This document shows positions 58,640 through 64,000 of a stretch of DNA of 64,000 bases, one piece after another. A program made the translations under genes and the position numbers. The number at the start of each line of letters is the position of its first letter. The first letter of the stretch is position 1. The notes beneath the pieces were generated by a model. The model saw only the letters and a list, made by a program, of their open reading frames with translations, was not told the origin of the DNA and made no database searches. The stretch comes from Candidatus Fermentithermobacillaceae bacterium. Its GTDB lineage: Bacteria; Bacillota; Sulfobacillia; Fermentithermobacillales; DUSS01. Where the stretch lies: assembly GCA_012842495.1 (NCBI GenBank), contig DUSS01000017.1, forward strand, positions 251-64,250, written 5' to 3'.

Positions 58640-59104
58640 CGGTGAGGCAAGGCAAGTCCCAGCCCCCGGTATTGGTTCGTCTTTCTTTCTGCGAAAGCTT
58701 CTCGCTCAGGAATTCTGGCCGGGAGGGGAGAGTGTTGCAGGGAGCAAGAGCAACTGCCCTCGACTACGCTATGCCAGGGAAGGGCCAGCCAGGCTTTGAA
58801 CGCAGGGCGTTGGCTGCCATGTGCAATTGCGTCCAGCATGGGCTTGGGAAAGGCCCTTCGATGCGATCCATTAGCGCACACAGCATCGGCCTTACCTTAT
58901 CGGACAACAATGGGTTTCGAGGTTTCCGAATCGACGGTGGGCCGGATCCTTGCGCATTTGAAACGTAGGGGACTACTCAGGGGACCGGTGAAGAGTGTCA
59001 AGGCAAGGAGCACTGCAAGAAAACGGGTATATGCTACCCGCAAACCTCCGGACTACGAAGTCAAAGAGCCGGGAGACCTCATTCAAATCGACACTTGTGA
59101 CTGA
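58640..59104 (+). mobile_element. IS481-like transposase remnant (frameshifted N-terminal HTH region ending at the start of the DDE core)
   Basis: ...ALPYRTTMGFEVSESTVGRILAHLKRRGLL...EPGDLIQIDT parallels the IS481 N-terminus (PSRSTIGRILRRHGL ... GELVHIDIK). Upstream codons run in a different frame and there is no DDE domain downstream. Confidence 0.5.
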
Positions 59105-59603
59105 CGTCAAGCCACCCGCCTGCCCGATCTCAGCCGCAGCCGTATCCTGACACATGAGACGTTTGGACAGTAAATGCGACCTCCCTCGACGATGGTTCTC
59201 TCCGGGTCAGCTCTTCCTGCGGCAGAACTAAGAGCGAGCCCATTTAGCAACTCCAGGGCGGAAGCGAGTTCTACGGCGACTTCGAATAAGCCTGCAAGGA
59301 GCTTGGCATCAGGCTTTTTACGTTGCCGCCGCGCTCGCCCCCGCCTGATACCTGGAAACGCTCGGCATAGGTCGGTGGCGTCGCATGACCTTGAACTAGT
59401 AAGCAGTGTCTACTTTCAATAGGAGCCTCCCCGGTTGAAGCGGAGTCCTATATCGTGTGGCGGGACGGTTCGTTATATGGTTGTTTCTCGTTGGTAAGCA
59501 ACGAGCAAGGAAAGGTCGGGGACATAGCGGACGGGCTTAACCCCAGGTATGCGGAATTTCCACTCAGGATAGATAAAGAGATAGAACGATGCCTGGAGGA
59601 AAA

Positions 59604-59675
59604 ATGTTCATGAGTTTCCTTCTGCAGCGGTGGATGTTTTTACCGTGCGTATGTTCAGACGGGGGATCTTTTTGA
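59604..59675 (+). CDS. Candidate small peptide ORF (MFMSFLLQRWMFLPCVCSDGGSF, 23 aa; 28 aa from an upstream ATG) preceding an ABC-2 exporter pair
   Basis: GGAGG lies 5 nt upstream of the ATG at 59604. The peptide is hydrophobic with a CVC motif and sits in the AT-rich island 110 nt upstream of the ABC ATPase gene. Speculative. Confidence 0.2.
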   Translation: MFMSFLLQRWMFLPCVCSDGGSF

Positions 59676-59784
59676 AATAGCGTGTCCCGAGAACTTTTCA
59701 TGTAGTAGAATATGGCTGCCAACAAAAGCGAGTACCTACGAAAGAGTAATGGCAAGGGAACTGAGCGTTTGAGGAGTAAGTCAA

Positions 59785-60726
59785 GTGATGTTGCTTGAAG
59801 TACGAAACTTATCAAAGGTTTACAAGAAAGGTAGCCGTCAGGTAAAGGCAAATAGCAATATTACCTTCTCTATTGACCAGGGAGACGTATTGGGGATTTT
59901 AGGTCCCAACGGAGCTGGTAAGACCACTTTGATAAAACAGATTGCAACTTTACTAATCCCTGACCAAGGTGACATCCTGTACCGAGGAGTATCCCTCGTA
60001 AAAAAGCCTGAGATAATAAGAGGACGATTCTCTTTTCTGTTGGAAGGCATGCAGAACGTGTATCACTACTTAACCGGGGAAGCCAACGTTCTCTATTTTG
60101 CATACCTTAATCATGTTCCGTTTTCTGCCGCCAAGAGCAGATGCGAAGAACTTCTGAAAAAGCTGAATCTGTATAATGTCAAGGATCAGTATGTGTTTAC
60201 ATATTCAGCGGGAATGAAGAAAAAACTTGCAATTGCCACCTGCCTTATAAATGATCCGGAGGTGGTCTTTTTGGACGAACCGCTTTCCGGGCTTGATGTA
60301 ATTGCTGCTGCAGAACTCACAGAATCTATAAAGAGCTGGGTTAGCGACAAGGGAAAAACTGTCATAGTTGCAAGTCATAGAATGGACTTTGTCGAGAGGG
60401 TTACCAATAGGGTTTTATGGCTCAAAGAGGGAACGGTGGTTTTGGAAGGCAAAACTGAGGATCTTAAAAACTTAAGCAAAGAAGAAGAGTATATTTTGTA
60501 TCTGCGAAATTCTGCCGAAGCAAGAGAAAAGTTATGTAAACTCAATCTTCAGTTTGAGGTTTTATCGGATGTTACTCTGAAAACAACCTTATGTTTGGGC
60601 CAAAAGGAACTCTTTTATTCAGTTTTTTCCGACCCTGATTTTGAAGTGTTAAACCTGGAGAAAAAAAGTCCGGATTTTGAGGCGATTTTCAGGAGGCTAT
60701 ATGGTGAGCATAGTGAAGGCAATTAA
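59785..60726 (+). CDS. ABC-2 type transporter ATP-binding protein (strongly AT-rich, likely foreign)
   Basis: Walker A GPNGAGKTT, signature YSAGMKKKLAIATCL, Walker B VVFLDEPLSGLD, H-loop VASHRM. Confidence 0.85.
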   Translation: MMLLEVRNLSKVYKKGSRQVKANSNITFSIDQGDVLGILGPNGAGKTTLIKQIATLLIPDQGDILYRGVSLVKKPEIIRGRFSFLLEGMQNVYHYLTGEANVLYFAYLNHVPFSAAKSRCEELLKKLNLYNVKDQYVFTYSAGMKKKLAIATCLINDPEVVFLDEPLSGLDVIAAAELTESIKSWVSDKGKTVIVASHRMDFVERVTNRVLWLKEGTVVLEGKTEDLKNLSKEEEYILYLRNSAEAREKLCKLNLQFEVLSDVTLKTTLCLGQKELFYSVFSDPDFEVLNLEKKSPDFEAIFRRLYGEHSEGN

Positions 60727-61489
60727 AGCTGAGTTTTTTAAGTTTTATTTCGACGTAAAGCGATACATGTTCAACTACATTGTTGGCCTTATTTCCACCG
60801 CTATCTTTTTGAGCGGGCTATACTGGGCAGTTAATGCTTTATTTATGCAGACCGGCCAGGCAGTAGCTTTTGTTGGATTGTTGCTGTGGCTTTTTGCTTC
60901 ATCTGCATTATCTAATGCGACAAATCATCTTTCCGAGGAACGATACCTGGGAACGTTGGAACGTATATCTGTCACCAAGACTCTTCTTATCCACATTCTA
61001 ATTGCTCGCAACGTCGTGCACTGCCTCTTTACTCTGACTCAGAGTATTGTGGTTGGTGGCATCCTTTATGTGGTGTTTAAGCCTGACCTAGGCTACATGC
61101 TTTCATCATGGAAGGTATCTTTGATGGCGGTAGTTATTGGTATACTAATAGTTGTTACTCTTTATGCCTTCGGATTTTTCATAGCATCCTTAGGAATGAT
61201 TCTAAAACGTGTTGGAGCAATAACATCCATTCTAGAATACCTTATTTTGTTCTTCTCAGGAATAGTCGTACCCTGGAGCAGCATGCCAGCTCCACTCAGA
61301 ACTTTTTCTAATATATTGCCAATGACCTGGGGAATAAAGGCGCTTGACAGCCTACTTAACGGCAGCGATTTTCGTTGGAGTTTTGCGGGCCTGATAATCT
61401 ATACGGTAGTGATTACGATAATTTCTACCAGAACATTCCGGTACGCTACCATGCTTGTTAAGAAGAAAGGCGAATACGCTTTCTATTAA
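60701..61489 (+). CDS. ABC-2 family permease (6 TM)
   Basis: Overlaps the ATPase 3' end; AGGAGG lies before the ATG at 60701. Hydrophobic segments throughout, same AT-rich composition. Confidence 0.75.
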   Translation: MVSIVKAIKAEFFKFYFDVKRYMFNYIVGLISTAIFLSGLYWAVNALFMQTGQAVAFVGLLLWLFASSALSNATNHLSEERYLGTLERISVTKTLLIHILIARNVVHCLFTLTQSIVVGGILYVVFKPDLGYMLSSWKVSLMAVVIGILIVVTLYAFGFFIASLGMILKRVGAITSILEYLILFFSGIVVPWSSMPAPLRTFSNILPMTWGIKALDSLLNGSDFRWSFAGLIIYTVVITIISTRTFRYATMLVKKKGEYAFY

Positions 61490-62058
61490 ATCTCTTAAAT
61501 TTCTCACTGCTGTAGTGATGTCAAAAAGTCAGCAAGAACGGGAAGAGGCTCCTGCGAACTCTTCTAATCGAGGCAGCACAGGTGGTAGTAAGGTACGATG
61601 GGGCAACACTCCGGATGTTGATGATGGGCAAGTGGTGCGAGAGAGTTCGGGCTGATACCGCATCGCATTGAGGAGCATCTGGGGGAGATGAGCGGCTGTG
61701 GTCTGAGTTTCAAGGTCCCCCCAGAGAAACTTTCGAACACCTGGCCACCGTGTGGGTCGAGCGGTACAAATCCACCCGTGACGCTGCGGGTTTTGCCGAG
61801 TATGCCAGCAGATGCCTTCTCCACCTGTAAGCCGCCAGATCGTCAACCCGGCTCGAACTTGAAGGGTCTCCCAATGCCGAGGCGGTATTATACTGACTTC
61901 GGCAGCGGAACCAGCCGGAGTAGACCTTCGCGTCCGAGAGCTCCTGTTGCCGAGTGTCGGAATTGTGAAGGCCGGACTGCGTCTTGACGACGCCCCTAGG
62001 GACTCCGGACTTTCCAGTCAAACGATCCCGTTGACCAGACCGAGAAGGGTGTGAGGCC

Positions 62059-63699
62059 ATGCGAGTAACGCGTGCGCGGCAGCTCCTGACAGGCGTCGTC
62101 GCGCTGATCGCAGCGACTCTTACCCTGATCAGCTGCTCCGGACGGCCCAACCTAACGACGGATGAGAAACTCGAGGACTTCGAGTATCTCTTCGGTATTT
62201 TGGAACAAAACCACCCTTTCCTTGCCTTGAAGACAAGGGCTGAAGGATTCGACTGGGTTTCCAGGCGGGCAGAATTCGAACGTGTCGTTGCGGCCTCGAA
62301 GGACGATGCGAGCCTCGCGCAGGCCATCGCCCGGATGTTGAGAGAGATCAACAACGGACACACCACAATCACATCGGCCGCGATGGTGAAGCTGATGGCC
62401 GAGCTCAACGAGGAACCCTGGAAGGAGGTCGCCCGGAACGCTTCGCCAGCCCGCATAGACTACTGGGCTCGTCTGGCAGGAGCTCCCGCGCCGGTCCCCG
62501 AGGGCAAGTACCCTCCGTTCCTGGCGGTGTACAACGGGGGAGAATATGTGGTCGTGGCGGTGGCACCGGACGAGACGATAAGGCAGATGGTTCGGCCTGG
62601 TATGAGGGTCGTAGCTGTAGAAGGCGTACCGGTCCACGAATACGTCGCGGCCCGGAGGGGACAATCACCCTACCTTCTGCGATACGATCCCGTCCGAAAA
62701 CGGCTGTACCAGAGGCAACTCGAGTTGCCGCGCACGGGGGAATCGCTCCGTGTGGCGCTGGAGGAGCCATCCACCGGAGTGTTCGAAGCCCGGGTACCCT
62801 TCGCCTCCGAGAATTGGGACCATAGCTACAGTTGGCCCCCAAGGTACGCAGATACGCAAGGGGCTCCGACGGCGAACGTGTACACTGCGGTTCTCGCTGG
62901 CGGCAGCGTCGGCTACGTACAGATAACCAGTTTCATGAACATGGAGCCGGCCCTCCGCCGGTTCTTCCAGGAGGCCCGGGACCTCCCGGTCCTCATCATA
63001 GATATCAGGGGTAACCGTGGTGGTCTCTCGACCTACTGGGAGAAGGCTATCGTGGCCCAGCTGGCCGCGGAGCCGGTCTCGTGCACCTACTGCGTGACGT
63101 GGCGGACGGGCGAGTACGTCCAGCCATTCGTGGAAGCCAAGATCTCCAGGATGCTGGTCGAGAGGATTTCCAAGCAGGCACTAGTGGAGAAGGCAGGTCC
63201 CGGACTCGCAGCGAACATCCCGCCGGAGGCTCTCGGCGACGATTTCGTAGACCCGTGCCTCATACGGGCCCGCGTTCTCCCCGCCGCGGACTCTGTCAGA
63301 TACCGGGGTAAGATCTACCTCCTGGTGGACGATCTCTGCTTCTCGGCAGCAGACGGCTTCGCGTCGTTCTGCAAGGCTACCGGGTTTGCCACCGTCGTTG
63401 GAACCTGGACGGGCGGGGACGGTATCGGCTTTACGCCTGCCCCCGTCCTTCTGCCCAACAGCGGGATAGCGGTACAATTCCCGGTAGTCATGGGGCTCAA
63501 CCCGGATTTCTCGGCCAACGAGGAAACGCACACTTGTCCGGACGTGATGGTGGAGCAGAGCGTAGAGGACATCCTGGAGTACCTGGCCGCGGGCGATGCA
63601 GTCCTTCTTTCCGGCCCCGACCCGAGATTCGACGCCGCGCTCAGGGCATGCCTTGCTCTCTCGCACGTATCGTCTACAGGCGCCCAGACATCCCGGTGA
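62059..63699 (+). CDS. S41 family peptidase lipoprotein (C-terminal processing / tail-specific protease-like)
   Basis: Signal plus lipobox LTLISC. S41 motifs GYVQITSF, LIIDIRGNRGG and further in the TWTGGDGIG region. Confidence 0.65.
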   Translation: MRVTRARQLLTGVVALIAATLTLISCSGRPNLTTDEKLEDFEYLFGILEQNHPFLALKTRAEGFDWVSRRAEFERVVAASKDDASLAQAIARMLREINNGHTTITSAAMVKLMAELNEEPWKEVARNASPARIDYWARLAGAPAPVPEGKYPPFLAVYNGGEYVVVAVAPDETIRQMVRPGMRVVAVEGVPVHEYVAARRGQSPYLLRYDPVRKRLYQRQLELPRTGESLRVALEEPSTGVFEARVPFASENWDHSYSWPPRYADTQGAPTANVYTAVLAGGSVGYVQITSFMNMEPALRRFFQEARDLPVLIIDIRGNRGGLSTYWEKAIVAQLAAEPVSCTYCVTWRTGEYVQPFVEAKISRMLVERISKQALVEKAGPGLAANIPPEALGDDFVDPCLIRARVLPAADSVRYRGKIYLLVDDLCFSAADGFASFCKATGFATVVGTWTGGDGIGFTPAPVLLPNSGIAVQFPVVMGLNPDFSANEETHTCPDVMVEQSVEDILEYLAAGDAVLLSGPDPRFDAALRACLALSHVSSTGAQTSR

Positions 63700-63773
63700 C
63701 AGACGAACCGGTAACTGCGCTGGATGGACATGCAGAGAAACGAGGTCTCGCTGCTCTGCAGGTCGCCGGAGAG

Positions 63774-64000
63774 TCACTTCCAACTGTGGATAAGGCCCAG
63801 AACATCAGAGGACGTCTTTCTCAGGGCAATGAACGTCTTCCGCACAGTAGAGGTCGGGGTCTGCATCCCGGAGCGATAAGCCTCTTCAGACCTTGACCGC
63901 GGCCCTGCACGCGAAGCTTCACGGAAGAGCAGGTCCATGTTCCCCATGTTTTCCGAGGTCAGGACGAAATTGATGCCCGTCGTAATATTCCCGCGTCTCG
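63774..64000 (-). CDS. Possible 3' end of an unidentified gene entering from beyond the window (…LFREASRAGPRSRSEEAYRSGMQTPTSTVRKTFIALRKTSSDVLGLIHSWK*)
   Basis: Open minus-strand frame from the window edge to the stop at 63774-63776. Protein-like composition but no identifiable family. Confidence 0.2.
   Translation of the reverse strand, partial: RRGNITTGINFVLTSENMGNMDLLFREASRAGPRSRSEEAYRSGMQTPTSTVRKTFIALRKTSSDVLGLIHSWK

Noticed and set aside
61455-61655. 66-aa plus-strand ORF immediately after the ABC-2 permease
   Set aside because: It begins inside the permease gene 3' end, and the unique part is short and Gly/Ser-rich. Possibly a remnant, but unsupported.

Overview
The window is a high-GC, gene-dense bacterial chromosome segment, visibly around 60-65% GC over most of its length. 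Its content points to an endospore-forming, probably thermophilic Firmicute-like organism: a YjcZ-like sporulation peptide, a GerMN lipoprotein, a DUF3006+MBL pair and a T-box-regulated serS (inference).

The core region carries, in order: two ABC transport modules; alanine racemase; a patatin-like phospholipase divergent from a Clp1-family polynucleotide kinase, a PflX-type radical SAM and a secreted PHP phosphoesterase; four metal-dependent hydrolases in a row (D-aminoacylase, two tandem amidohydrolase paralogs, an M20 dipeptidase carrying a disordered insertion); and serS with a recognisable T-box leader and terminator. After these come a LiaF-like protein, a NUDIX hydrolase, a VWA protein, an HpnI-like GT2 glycosyltransferase, and a 975-aa fusion of a polytopic membrane domain with an M28 peptidase. 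Next is an orphan LuxR-type response regulator in front of a complete group-3b-like cytoplasmic [NiFe]-hydrogenase (HydB-G-D-A plus maturation protease), then a Fur-family regulator, Lnt, a B12-binding radical SAM with DUF4438 and an OmpR/HK pair, GerM-like, MATE, DapA-family, and feoB-feoA with a promoter/operator.

From about 53.8 to 62 kb the composition drops sharply in patches. This AT-richer stretch looks like an accessory island. It holds a lone alpha-class DNA methyltransferase, decayed coding remnants, a PilZ protein, a truncated ABC ATPase, DUF2148, a CPBP (Abi) protease, a frameshifted IS481-like transposase remnant, a very AT-rich ABC-2 exporter pair preceded by a 23-28-aa Cys-containing peptide ORF, and an integrase/HTH-like remnant. 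An S41 lipoprotein peptidase follows.

No CRISPR array or rRNA/tRNA gene is visible. The most unusual items are the bacterial Clp1-kinase / radical SAM / PHP neighbourhood next to the patatin, and the low-GC island with its peptide + ABC-2 + Abi module.
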